Of a DNA stretch of 64,000 nucleotides, positions 12,553 to 24,938 are shown one piece after another (within the stretch, counting starts at the first letter, position 1; the number at the start of each line of letters is the position of its first letter). Origin of the DNA: Vicugna vicugna (taxonomy: Eukaryota). Location: contig MU057781.1 in the NCBI GenBank assembly GCA_013265495.1, positions 1-64,000 of the forward strand, in the 5' to 3' direction. The notes under the pieces were generated by a model. The model searched no databases, had not been told where the DNA came from, and was given only the letters and a program-made list of their open reading frames with translations. Position numbers and translations under genes: made by a program.

Positions 12553-14919
12553 TTAACTAGCTTCTGTTCTTTTCTCCTAAGTTTCCAGTTTGGTCCAGGA
12601 CCCCAGTCATCGTCATGCTGGTGCCCCTCCCTGCGTGTCAGCCTTACGGGCAGGGGCATCCACCCCCAGCTCCCTGGGCTGGGCTGTCCTGGGCTCACAG
12701 CTGCACGTTCTCTGGATAATTGTGCTCAGCTGGCCACTGTGTCACCTGGAGACCCACCACCCCGGCAGCTGCCCCGGACAGCCTGGTGGGGTTCATGGTC
12801 CAAGGCACTCGGGGCATAGCCTCCAGCTGAGACCCCATCCTGCTCAGCCCTGCCTTCTCACGCCCGCCTCCCTGGAAAGCCCCCTCAGTGACCCACAGGC
12901 ACCTCGAGCCCTGTCCAAGGTGCGGCTTCTGTGGAGCCCGACTCAGGACAGACCCCAACGCAGAGGATGGACTCTGGGGAGACTTTCCAATAGTGAGACA
13001 GCAGCTGGAGTCTGTGCAGGGACACCTGCCCCCACCACCTCCCTCTTCCCTAAAGATCTGGACCTCTGGTTTTTACAGATGGGTCCTGGTCCCCCCAAAC
13101 CCGGCACTGCCCTCGCTGCGGCAGCTGCAGGACCCAGGGAGCGATGTGCTCACTGAGGAAGCACCGTCACGGAGGATCCGCAGACCTGGAAAAGTCAGGG
13201 GTGTGTAAATTCCATCCTGGGGGGTAAGGGGTATTTCAGTGAGAATTTCTGAGGTGCCACATCCTCGGAACACAGAGGAGGGCAGCTGCCGGGAGAGGGT
13301 TATGCACCTGAGGGCATAGACAGAGAGCAGAGGCAGCCCGGGCCAGCCCCCAACGAGGGGCCTCAGTGCACTCCAGCCCCTCCCACCGGCCCTGGGGGGC
13401 ATCATAGTGTCTCAGTGCAGGGGTCCCCCAGGGCCTGAGAAGGTTCTGGTCAGGGGAGGGGGCGGGGACGGGGGATAAGAAGCAGCTGAACGTAGGAGAG
13501 CGAAGACGTCCCCTGCCCAGTGAAGAGCAGCAGGCCTGCAGGGTCCGTCCTGGCTGCTGCTGACGGCGCCACGGCCACCTGCCCTGCAGCTGGGCCGGCG
13601 GGTCTGGGCAGGTGTCCCTCCCTGAAGAAGCGGGTACACTCAGACACTGGGGAGCATGGGCTCCAAAAGTCCCCTGATGTGAGGCCCCAGGTGCCCTTTG
13701 TCAGGTGGACTCAGGTCTTTATCTCCCTGAGTTCCTGGGTAGCTTTCCCTCTGGCTCCAAGCCTGGCTGTTAACTCGAGAAAGAAGTTTCACATTTGTGG
13801 ATTTACTGGGGCCAGTTGACCCCAGATGCTTGAGTGGGTCTGTGTGGAACATTTGCTGCCTTGGGGATATGCTGTAAGTGCCCGGGGATGCATCCATGGA
13901 TGCCCACACCACATCCTCATTGCGGGGATGGGCCTGGACCGCAGCAAAGTGTAGGAAACAGTCACACCTCGCTATTTCCACCACCCACCGAGCCTCTCGA
14001 GCCCGGGAAGAGTGGAGCTAATTAGGAACTTAATAAGGGATCACTGCCCGGGAGACAGCAGAGTGACAACAGTTAACACGGCACACGCTTACATCCCGGC
14101 TACAAAGAACCAGTTCCTGTGCCACAGGGACACGTGCGGAACTGAACCAAGACGCTCGCAGCAGGGTAAATAAACATGATTTCCCAAGAGAAACCTGCCC
14201 ATCCACTTGTTACGGCTGGTCTCAACTAGGCGAAGCCAGCTGTAACATGCAAAATTAATTTTATGTATCGTTTTATGCATATTTTAAGTAATACATATAC
14301 CTTCCCCTTCTTTAATCACACTGATAAGTCCTGGACGGCTGCCACGTTCCTCCTTCTCTCTGACTGTCCTCGCTTCCCAGAGGGTATCATTAGAGCACAG
14401 GAGCAGTGAAGTCGGCTACGAACAGCCTCACTTAGCGGCCCTGATACACGGCGATCTGGACTGCAGCAAATGGAGCCTGGGAGTGCGGGCGAGGGGACCG
14501 TCCTGCAGAAGGACTCCGGGTCACCTTCGCACAGCGAGCCCCAGCGTTCATGGGCTCTACGAGGCGGAAGGCATTTCTGCTTCTCTCTCCAAGCATCCAC
14601 ATCGTTCCAGTGCGGAGAGGGGTACGTGCCCCCCCACCACACCCACACAGAGACCCGCCTGGGTCCTCTCTGTTTGCTCCTGTGTGCCCCATCCCAGGAG
14701 GAGTGTCCCGTCTGCAGGACATTCACTGGGTCGCATGCCCAGGGCGGGGGTCTCTGAACTGAAAACCAGCACCTGCGTGCCCTTTGCTCTCCTTCCCCCT
14801 CCTGGTTCTGCCCACCTTTGTCTCCGGGAAGGGGCTGACCCGGCAGGGTTGGGTGAGGCAGCCTGGAGACACGAAGGTTCAGGCAAGAGAGGATCGAAAC
14901 CTCGCTCCCACTTTCGCTC

Positions 14920-15213
14920 TTGTGACATCATGATTTATATTCAGAAATATATATTCGGTTTCTGCACAGGCTCCCAAAACCCTTCCCAACTGAGGAGGGA
15001 AGAGCAATCAAGGTGGAAGGAGCGCCTTCTATCGCTCACATCCCAGGCCCCTCCCATCACACCTGAGTCTACATCAATGGGGGCCTCTGGGAAGGTGCCG
15101 AGGATGGGGCTGGTTACCAGGGAGCCAAGCCTGTGACTAAAGCATGGGGACTGTCAGTCCTCTCCTCAGCCTCTGGGGAGGGGAGGGGGCTGGAGGCGGA
15201 GCCAGTCAACCAG
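14920..15213 (+). mobile_element. MER21-like LTR, 5' part only
   Basis: tgtgacatcatgatttatattcagaaatatatatt, ggggctggttaccagggagccaagcctgtga, ctctggggaggggagggggctggagg; stops at the L1 that follows. Confidence 0.7.
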
Positions 15214-16015
15214 CTCTCACCAATCAGAATGGCATCAGCAAAGGTCTCATGTAATAAATGCTGGAGAGGATGTGGAGAAACGGGAGCCCTCCTACAGTGC
15301 TGGTGGGAGTGTAGTCTGTCACAGCCATCATGGAAAACAGTAGGGACGGTCCTTAAAAAACTGAAAATAGATTTACCATATGATCCAGCAATGCCATTCC
15401 TGGGCATATATCCAGAGGGAAGTCTAATTCAAAAAGATACGCGCACCCCAATGTTCATCAGCACTCTATTTACAACAGCCAAGACATGGAAGCAAACTAA
15501 ATGTCCATCAACAGAGGACTGGATAAAGCAGATGTGGTATATTTACACGATGGAATACTACTCAGCCATAAAAGGATAATGCCACTTGCAGCAAAATGGA
15601 TGGACCGAGAGATTATCATACAAAGTGAAGTAAGTCAGACAAACACAAACATCATATAATATCACTTACATGTGGAGTCTTAAAAAAAAAGACACAAATG
15701 AATGTATTTATAAAACAGAAACAGACTCACAGACATAGAAAACAAACATGGTTACCAAAGAGGAAAGGGGATGGAGGAGGCTAAATTGGGGGTATGGGAT
15801 TAGCAGATACTGACGGCTACATATAAAACAGATGAACAGCAAGGTCCTACTGTGGAGCACAGGGAACTGCATTCAATTTCCTGTCATAAACCACAATGGA
15901 AAAGCATATGGAAACGAACCCGTGTATGTACACGCATGACTGAGTCACACTGCTGTACACCTGAAACTAACGCTGTAAGTCAACTGCACTTCAACACGAT
16001 AAATAATAAATAAAG
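15214..16015 (+). mobile_element. LINE-1 3' end (lineage-specific, cetartiodactyl type), 5'-truncated
   Basis: ORF 15133-15579 contains the L1 ORF2 C-terminal motif (NKCWRGCGE...LLQCWWEC...WKTV...LPYDPA.P.LGIYP...WYIYTMEYYSAIK). The 3'UTR has aaggtcctactgtggagcacagggaac...aaaccacaatggaaaag and an A-rich tail. Confidence 0.93.
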
Positions 16016-18884
16016 GACATGGGTTTCGCTATTAACACATCACTGACATAAACCTTATACTACATCAATCTTGATTTTGCGGAAAAAAATATAATCCTAA
16101 AGCCAGTGGTTCGATTTTATGAAAACTGCTCGTTATTTATAAATCCATAGTCTTAAATAATTTAAAATGGTAATGAATCATTGTGATGGCCTTTTTTTGT
16201 CATTTGAGCCAAAAGCTCATGGGTCTCACACTTCATTTAGCAATTACTTTTGATGTTTTCCCATGTCTTCAACAATTTCAAGAAAAACATTTTAAGTATC
16301 TCCCAATAATACAATAGTTTAATTCCGCCCAAATTGCCATTTGGGTCAAAAGCCAAACTATTAAATATAAAGAAGAAGAAGAAACAGATCTTTAAGAGAC
16401 TTAAACGATGCTATGCTAGTATGAACACACCTGAAAACAGGAGCAGATCTGAAAAACAGAATAATTCAAATTACGCCGCAACCCTTGCTAGGACGCAAGT
16501 CCAGGCTCCCCGTTCCGAGGTGGAGAGGGTGCTCCTCGTGTGGAAGTTCAGGTGCAGACTTTGTTTTCTTTTTCCTTTTTGAAATACTGCGTCTCAGTTA
16601 ATGGCATCCTCACAGCTCCCCCGAGGCGTGAAGCTGAACGAGTTCTGGAGAGCAGAGGCGGCCAAAGAAATTGTTCTGGACTCTGAAACTGTGTCCAGTG
16701 GTTGCACCTCCCAGGCTGTGAGATGAGAGCAGGCAGGCAGCTCTCTCCCTTTTTTGTGTGTCGTCGGGGCGCTGATTGCACATCCTGAAGCGCTTCGTGC
16801 TGCCTTAATGCTCTCAAGGAGGCTACGCGTCCAGCCATCTCTCTTGGCAATTAGAGCAGCGGAGAGAGTCGCAGCGAGTTAAGCTCCGGATACACCCCGC
16901 TTCTCGGGGCTCTCCACGTGCGTGCACTTAGGTGTCCTGCCCAGAACGGCTCCTACAGAGAACCTCCCTCATCACGTCTAAACCAACCGACACGTCCCTA
17001 CACCTCCCAGTGCGTTTTCCAAAATGCCGACAGTGTAACTTTTAGAAGCAAGTTTCTCCCCCACAACTACACACATCTGACTTGAGGCCTCAGCTCACCC
17101 TGCTGTCTTCTCGAACATTCAATTTCTAAGCCCCGATTTGTTAAAAAGCATAACCACAGTGGAAACACTAGCCAAAAATACGAGTTTGATTTCTATGTTA
17201 CAGTCTTTGAATCGATTGCCAAACTATGACTTCCTTTCTGTGCGTCCTGCTGCCCCCACACGGCCCTGCAGTGACCAGGAGTCCTCCCCGAGCCTGCGTC
17301 AGCCCAGCCGGCTCAGCCCGCCCCACCTACACTGCATCGTCTGGAAGGCTCTGGAAGGCTCTGGAAGCCTCTAGGAATTCCCAGTCTTCTTAGGAGAATG
17401 TTGCTCTGAGGCTGAGGCTGAGGCTCTGTGGGCAAAGTGTCTCATGCCCGGATCTGACCTGAGCCGGCAGCCTTCCCTCCGGGGGGGTCGGCCCCCGAGG
17501 CGGGAGCCAGCTGGCCCTTGACTGGTGGGGGGCGTCCGTGGAGAGGACGCACCATCCAGGGAGGAACAAGGACACGAGGGGCTGGGACGCGGGCAGGGTG
17601 CTCCGGGCTTCCGGCCGTGAGAACGAAGAGACCCACTCGGTGAGACCCTGGCTCGCGTCTTACAGACCCAGCCGCTCCTCCGCAGCCTCTCCACCTCGCT
17701 TTCACCTGAAACACCCGCTCCCGTGAGTCCCTGCTCATCAGGGAGTTAAAGGCGCCCAGCGCCCCTGGAACGTTCTCCGTCTGGGTGGGGACACCCATAC
17801 CTGCCGATGGCCGACTCAAGTACCCTAAGCTGTGGGTAAGTGGCCGGCAGGGACGGCCGATGGGGGAGCCAGCATCCTGGCCTCCCCGCACCTCCGGTGG
17901 GTCTCTCTGCGCTTTATCTCCTGAGAACCTGGTTGACCCCGGATACGGGCTGACGCTTAGCCGACCCTGGAGCGGGGTCGTGGTGGGTGATTTGCGCTCC
18001 TTGGGTGCAAGAGGCATAGCTCCCGGGACAGACGAGCTCTTCCTGGGGGCAGATCACAGTCGGCACGAGGCGTGTCGTTACCGAGGCTTCCATTTGTGCG
18101 ATGCCGACGTGAATGTGAGGTCAGACCACGTGGCACGCAGCCTCTCCCCAGTCAGAGAGAAGCCGCAGGAGGAGCTGGGTCCTGCGCTGCCCCCGCACCC
18201 CTGCACCCTGCGAGGTCCGGGGTCCCTCCTCCACTTCTCAGGGGGTGCAGAGCCTCCCTCCCAGGTGTGGCCGGTCTTTGAATGCTTGCATCCTTAACCT
18301 GGCGACTGCTCAGCGAGGCCGGGCAGCCCTCCCTCAGGTGGAACTGAATCAGGGAGGCAGGGAGAGAGGGGAGCAGAGGTGCAAAATGATGCCGGGTCCA
18401 GGCGGCGGGAGTAATTCCCACTCACAAAGTGCACACGGGGCGTGGGCACGCCTGTGGGCACGACCGCTCTCCTGCAGTGTGTGAGCACGTGTCACCTGCC
18501 TTCCCCGACCTGCTGCCGCTGAGTCAGGAGGGGACGGCTCCCACACAGCTGCCACTCGGGGCTGCTTAATAATTTACAGGCAGAGACCCACATGGAGCAG
18601 GAGCGGAAGCCGGGACAGTGCGATTTCAGATCTCACGAAGCGCTCTGCCCTCAACGGCATTATCAAGGAATGAAAATGCGGCTTCCACAATTAGAAGGCG
18701 CTTGTGCTCAAGGTCACATCTTCACCTCATTGCAATCCCCCAAGCGCAGCACTGCGGACGCAGAGGAACAGGGCCACACCTGCGCTGGGTTTATCTCAAC
18801 CCCCTGAATATGACTTGTTGTAAAGTGTTATTGCCTTCAAAGCACACGTGAGAGGGTCTGGTCACGGAAGACCCCAGACGGCAT

Positions 18885-19610
18885 TTGTGGCATCATAAAA
18901 ATGCACATTGTTCGTTTTGTCTCCAGTCGGTTCCTGGCACCAAGCTCCGGAGGCTCTTGGAATCAGTTGAGTGACTGGAGGATCTTTTTATCCATAAGGA
19001 GCCCCTCTGACCACACGCACGTTCACGCTGATGAGGTGACTCTTGGGGGCGGGGGGCTGGTCACAGAGGGGCCCACCACGTGATTGGAGGGAGGGTTTTT
19101 GGCCCTGCCCCCGACCTCCAGGAGGGGACAGGGCTGCTGTGGGATGAAATGTCCACAAAACCCTATCTGGGTTCGAGAACGTCCTGGCTGGTGCCCACAT
19201 TGATGACCTGGGAGGGGGGTGGCCCCAGGAAGGCGCGGAGGCTCTGAGGCTCTTCCACACGCTTGCCCCGTACCGCCTCTTCCGTTGGCCGGCCCTGAGC
19301 TGTGTCCTTCAGAATAAAACTGCCGTCACACGTAAATCACTCTCCTAAGTCCTGTGAGTCATTCTAGCAAATTATCGAACCTGAGGGGAGGTCGCGGGGA
19401 CGCCAGAATTTGTGGTCAGCCAGGCAGAGGTGCCGGTGGCCCGCGGACCCCGGCTGCAGCAGGGCCTGAAGCAGGGGCAGGGTTGTGGGCTGAGCCCGTA
19501 GCCCGCGGGGTCGGGGCGAACTCCAGGCGTTGGCGTCAGAACTGAACTGAATCACGGGACACTCGGTAAGTGCTGGGATTGGAGAACGGGTGTTGTTGGA
19601 AATACTATGT
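18885..19610 (+). mobile_element. MER21C-like LTR, near full length
   Basis: ggttcctggcacc, gctgatgaggtgactc, ggggctggtcac, aataaaactg, ctgtgagtcattctagcaaattatcgaacctgagg, gtcagaactgaactgaatc. Confidence 0.8.
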
Positions 19611-20510
19611 CACTGAGCGTCAGCACGAGGAGTCCCTTCTCTGTGAGGCGTCCCCAGTGTGTGGAGCATTTCAGCTGAAGGCAAAGGGCAGGAGGCCACC
19701 GGATGCCGGCAACACTGACCACTGACCACTGACCAGACAGAGAAGGTCTCTCCAGTTAAGAGCCCGGTGTCCCACAGTAATCAGGTGACCAGGGTGCGCA
19801 GACGCCCCACGTGCCTTCGGCATCGCCAGTTACCAGGGACATCACGTGGGGTGGACGCCACCCTGGGGACCCCGGTCGGCTGCTGCCCCCACCCCAACCG
19901 CTCACGAAACGGACGCAAGAGGTTGCATTTCTGCTCTCTGAACGAGTGGCTCCTCCCAGCTACACCCTGCACTCTCATCTTCAGGTTCTAACACTAATTT
20001 TTGCCATAACAGCCTTTTTATTCTGCTTCCGAATTACTCCATTACGAAAGGACATTTATAAAACACCGAAGTCAGGGCTCCCTGGTGGAGGGCACTTTGC
20101 GTGTGGCGCACTCACAGATCAGGACTCCTCACGGGGCAGCTGGGAGAGTCAGACACAGCTTTAATTAACAGCCATTCAGCCAGGCTTTTCTCGGAGGAGA
20201 GGGAAAAGCCTGTGACCTCAAGGCACGCTGTGCTTCCTCCAGACACCGCCTTTCACCCGCCGACACACGACCGCATCACGATTTTAATACATAGTTGCAA
20301 ATATATCGGAGCTGGAGAACTTAGCACTCTCATGCTATTTTCCTTCCTGCAGAACGTGACAACAGGGGGGAATACATCCACCAGGAGTTGCAAAGTAATT
20401 TTTAAAAACAGCGTCACCTAAGGAGCATGCATTCCCCTGTGGTGAGAGCCAGCACACGCTGGGACCAGACGAGGCTCTTTCCCACGGCTCCCGGGCTCCG
20501 GGCATCTTAC

Positions 20511-20599
20511 CAGGGGGATCCGGGCACTGGGGTGGAGGCCACGGGTCTCGTGCCTTTGGCTGCGCTGTCCTCTCCTGTCACTAGGATCGAAGGAGGCTC
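20511..20599 (-). CDS. TCERG1L: TCERG1L internal coding exon (about human exon 6), 89 nt, phase 0 to 2; encodes [29 protein letters not shown](W)
   Basis: Minus strand reads ttctgtttctgttgaaag|GAGCCTCCT...GGATCCCCCTG|gtaaga with canonical splice sites. [13 protein letters not shown] is the motif leading into the WW domain of TCERG1/TCERG1L. Confidence 0.95.
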
Positions 20600-23500
20600 C
20601 TTTCAACAGAAACAGAAGGAGATCACTTTCTTTTTTTTTAAACTTAAAACACTCGTCTCCAATGATAAGCAGCCAAATAAAGGAGAACAGGTCTTCTGCA
20701 GACAGACCTGCCCACAGCGGCTGCTAGATGGTGGCCCGCTGGGGACAGTCAGCGAAGGGGACCGGGCAGTCGTGCCACAGCCTAGAACCAGCGGCACAAC
20801 CAGGCGGAGTCGCTCAGACTGAGGCGACCCCCGGTTAGCCCAGACGGGCTGAGCCGCCTGCTTGTGCAGAATCAGGCACAGGCGTGGCAGCCGAGAGCCT
20901 GCTTCTGGCTGCCTGGGCGTCCTGGGGGCAGGAAGCCCCGCTGCATTTGTCTCTGGGAACGGGCTGACCCAGCGGCTGGAGTCACGGTGCCCCAAACGCT
21001 GCCTTCAGGGGCAGAGAACCTCGGAGCTGTGAGGGTCCCGGGTGCGGCCGGCCCGGCCCGGCCCGGCCCTCGAAGGCAGGAGGAAGTGGCAAGCCCACTG
21101 CTTGCCGGGTCCAGCAGCCCTGGTGACGCGCCTCCTAGAGCGTCTCCCTGGGGGCCGACGTCAGGGCGTGTTTTACGTTGTGCGGGTGATTCTGGTGCAC
21201 TGCGGGGTTTGAATCCCTCCGTCTCTGTCTCCATCGAGAAAATAAAAATGTTTGAACGTGGCATCACATAGAAGAAAATGAAGACTTACTTCCTAAAGTT
21301 AAAGAAAATAAACTGTGGCTGGGACGCTTGATCGTTGTTCACTATGGATGGAATTTGGAGAGAAGTAGAAGCTGCGTGAGGCTGGAAAACACGGACGGTT
21401 GCACCGCAGCTCGGACCCCCGGTTCAGGCTGGCCTGTCGGCCCAGCAGGTTGCAGCGGACCCCGGGTTTCGTTCGACAAAAGGAATCCGAACCCAGTCCC
21501 TACGGGGGGACTGGAGGACCCCAAGGAGGAGGTTGTGTGTGTGTGTGTTTTAGGGAGACTCGGCCTCAGTTTGGGAGCAGCTGTAAGAAAGAAATGCAGT
21601 CGCAGGGAGTGCAGCAAACCCTGGAGGGGAGGAAGTTTTTCCCTTCTACCGGCTGCTTCCATGGTTTTAAATCCCAAATTTAGAAGACTGTAGAGAGGAC
21701 TGCGCTCGCTGTCTCTCGGAACCAGGTGAGAGTAGACGCTAGACGCTTCTCAAAGCGGCAGCCGGGCTCTGGGTGGAGTCAGGAGCGATCACGGCTGTAG
21801 GTTCATGTGTAAGGATTGGAACGCATCCCGGAACGCCACCCTGCGTGTGGAGAATCTGTTTCGACCGTCACCACTGTCAGTGCCTTGCGAGCGAAGGCGA
21901 GGACACCATTAACCGTTGGTCTGAATGATGAAGAGTGAGGACACCACAGCCCCTCACCCCGTGTGAGCCTGATGCTGCAGGGCCAGCTGTGCAGGGATGT
22001 AACGGTGGACCCTAAAGACCACAGACTTGCTCCAGGGCCCCCAAGGGCCACTCTGGGACCAGGACTCATCCCACCGTTGCGGCCAAATTTCTGATTCATT
22101 CGAAAGGAAAGGGCCAAATTCTGGGAGCACTGAAGCACCAAATTCAGACATAAAGTTAAAAGAGCCCCAAACGAGCAACGTGGAGCTCCCGCAGAGCCCT
22201 CGGCTGCAGAGTGAGGCTGTCTTCTCCTCACAGCGGAGGAGGACCCGGGTCAAAGGGAGCGAACAGCCAGTGTCAGCAGAGCCGGCAGGAGGACGGACGG
22301 GAGGAGGGGACGGAGGACGGGCCGGAGGGCCAGGGATACAGCACTCATCCGGGCGAGGCCCAGCGTGGACTCTGGGCGGGGCCGTTGGCAGCCCGTCTCC
22401 TCGACCTCAGGCCAGGAAGCCCCGGGCCGTGGCAGGCGGTCTCGGCCGCATGTGTCCATCCCGGGGTCTGCTTGTGGCCCTTCATTCACCGTGACAGGTA
22501 ATCACACTGAACAAATGATCTGTGATTTATATAATTATCCGCAGGTTGGTGAGTTTAGGAACAGCGTTTTTCAGAACTCGGGGGTAACAGGAAATGTCCT
22601 CGTGTCCCGTGAGAAAGTGAGTTCAAGCTACACAACAAACATGTCAGGAGTGTCCAGAAACAGCTGTGTTCAAATTTCTATGAGTGTTAGGACCAGAGTT
22701 TATGTCCCTAACCCAATCAGAAAAACTAGGGGCGGTTTTCATTACGAGGCTAATTGAGTAATGAAACCCAGTGAGGGGCCTCTGAGCAGGGGGTGGCCCC
22801 AGCCGATCATTCCAGGGACCTTGGCGGGACGTGGTTTGTGACAGGGACTAACACTTACACGCGGCGACGCCGGCGTTCTCCAGGGCTAATTACCAAGGTC
22901 GTCTTCCTGAGGCCCGTGCTGGTCATGATTTCCTGGTGGTGATAAAAACGGCTAATCGTGGCATAAAACTCCCCTTGCACGCTGAAGTAATAAAAGTGAG
23001 TTAGAGGCGCGGAGCCCCGTGATGAAGAAAGTAGTTAAGAGAGAAGAAAGACGACCTGCTTAGCAAACGCGTAACTCCGGCCTGGCAGTGCGTCTCCTCT
23101 AGAGAAATCCTGCGTGGGGAGCGGAAGCTCAGCCTGCACTCGCGTTGCTGATCCACTCACACCGTCCGGCATCGGCACTCAGGGCAGGAGGGAGCCGTGA
23201 ACCCCGGGTGGGGCGGCGGGGGCTGTGGCGGACGGGCGGGAACGGGAGGTCACAGGCTTGAGGCAGAGACACACCCGGTGACGGCGGAGGGAGGCGAACG
23301 TTCACAGGGCCCGGGGGCAGACCCGCGGCCTCCAGCGTATCTGACAGATCAGAGCAGGTGCCATTTGTGACTTTCAAAGCAGCAATCAAAGCCAGTTTTG
23401 TGGGTGATTCACGGGAAGGTAAATGCCTCAAACACACTCAAGGGCGATCCAGCGAAGGCCATTTGGTAAGGAGCAGGCAAGGACCGGAGACTCTACTGAG

Positions 23501-23891
23501 TTAAGAAGACAAACGTGTGTCGGGTTTTCTGTGGCAGGGAGACAAGTCGCAGACGAAGCCTTGCCCGCGTGCCAGGTGGCTGCGACAGCCTGGCCGCCTG
23601 CGTGCACGTGCCTCCTGAGATGCGGGGACGGCGCCCGTGGGGGCCAGGGTCACCACCCACACTGCCCTGGACCCAGACGCGGAGGGGACGGCCAGGCTGC
23701 TTCTGCCCAGGTCCCACGCGCCCCTCCCTCCCGCTCTGCAGTGAACTGGCACGGTCCCGCTGGGTCTGGCCCTGCTTCACACGCGGATCTGCAAAGCGTC
23801 ACAGCCCAGAGCCAGGCGGGAAAACGGGTGTGAGGGTGCGCAGGCCCCCGGGCCCCCAGCCCGGGGTTTCACGTCTTTCACGCCCACCGAC
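20600..23891 (-). other. TCERG1L: TCERG1L intron (about intron 5), 3.3 kb, GT-AG
   Basis: Bounded by donor gtcggt at 23891 and acceptor aag ending at 20600. Confidence 0.85.
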
Positions 23892-23983
23892 CTTGTCCTC
23901 CGTGTCCCCCGCCGGGCTCCTCCTCTCTGCCTGCAGCGTCGGGGCCGGAGGGCAGGGCGCTCGGCCGCGCTCCCTGCTTTTAT
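23892..23983 (-). CDS. TCERG1L: TCERG1L internal coding exon (about human exon 5), 92 nt, phase 1 to 0; encodes (D)KSRERGRAPCPPAPTLQAERRSPAGDTEDK
   Basis: Minus strand reads ttgctttggtcccacag|ATAAAAGCAGG...GAGGACAAG|gtcggt. The peptide aligns with recalled human DTRTERGRVARPPALMLRAQKSRDGDKEDK and joins in frame to the exon at 20599. Confidence 0.88.
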
Positions 23984-24740
23984 CTGTGGGACCAAAGCAA
24001 CCGTCATGAGCATCCACGGGTCACGTCAGTTTGGAAAAACTGAACAGGGGCAAACAATGGCCTGAGAACTCAAGGTGGTGGCACAAAGCATGCATCCGGG
24101 AGGCAGAGCTGACCACGCTTCCACTGCAGCCTCATGACAAGGTCCCCTGGCAACTCCATCCCCAGGGTAATTGGCTACACCTTGCGGACCAGGCCACATG
24201 GGTCACGGACCTACAGGACACGGGCCCCCGATGAGGACAAGAGCCAATGCGGGCGGCAAGGCCAGGCTTTCCTAGGCTTTGACAGTTGGTGGCCGTGATA
24301 GGCCACCTGGGGCCTGGGTCCCCCCCAGGGGGTCCATGTTGGTCACACCTCCCATTTCCACTTTTTTTTGGTCACTAAAGTGGACTCTGGCTCGACCACG
24401 GGCGGTCTGCACGGTGCTTTGAAAAGTGAGTGTCTGGGAGGAAGGGGGCGAAAGTGGCAAAAACATGGTTACGGGATGTGAAAACAGCTTCATCCTCATG
24501 GAAGATGCCCGCGTCGCCCTGGGGTAGGGAGCAGGCAGTGCTGGCCAGCAGGGCTGACCGCTGTGTTACTGCCATGGTCAGGAGGGCCCAGACAGCCGGC
24601 CACACACCACGCCTAGTTCGCCCGGGGGAGCCTGGGAGGGGTCGTTTGACCTGGGGCTCCTGTCTGTCCAGCGCAGCTGGGAAGGTCCCAGGGGCACGTC
24701 CTCCCAGCGGAAGGGAGGAAGGAGGGACGAGGAGCATCTG

Positions 24741-24938
24741 CGTGTGTGTGTGCCTGTGTGTGTGTGTGTGTGTGCATGTGTGTGCACGTGCATATGTGAA
24801 TGTGTGTGCATGTGTGTGTCCTGGTGTGCGTGTATATGTGTATGTGCGTGTACTAGTGTGTGTGCATGTGTGTTTGTGTGTGTGTGTGCATTTGTGTGTG
24901 TGTGTGCGCTTGTGTCTGTGTGTACGTGTGTGTGCATG
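24741..24938. repeat. About 200 bp degenerate (TG)n tract, (CA)n on the TCERG1L sense strand
   Basis: Almost continuous gtgtgt with ca/cg/ta interruptions. Confidence 0.95.

Larger units (their letters stand above)
9149..20510 (-). other. TCERG1L: TCERG1L intron (about intron 6), 11.4 kb, GT-AG
   Basis: Bounded by donor gtaaga at 20510 and acceptor cag ending at 9149. Confidence 0.9.

Noticed and set aside
15133..15579. ORF with Cys/Trp-rich motif
   Set aside because: It is the C-terminal remnant of L1 ORF2 in a 5'-truncated copy, not a host gene.
20721..20736. CTCF-like motif ctgctagatggtggcc about 120 bp from the exon at 20599
   Set aside because: A single degenerate match; many partial matches occur by chance in this composition.
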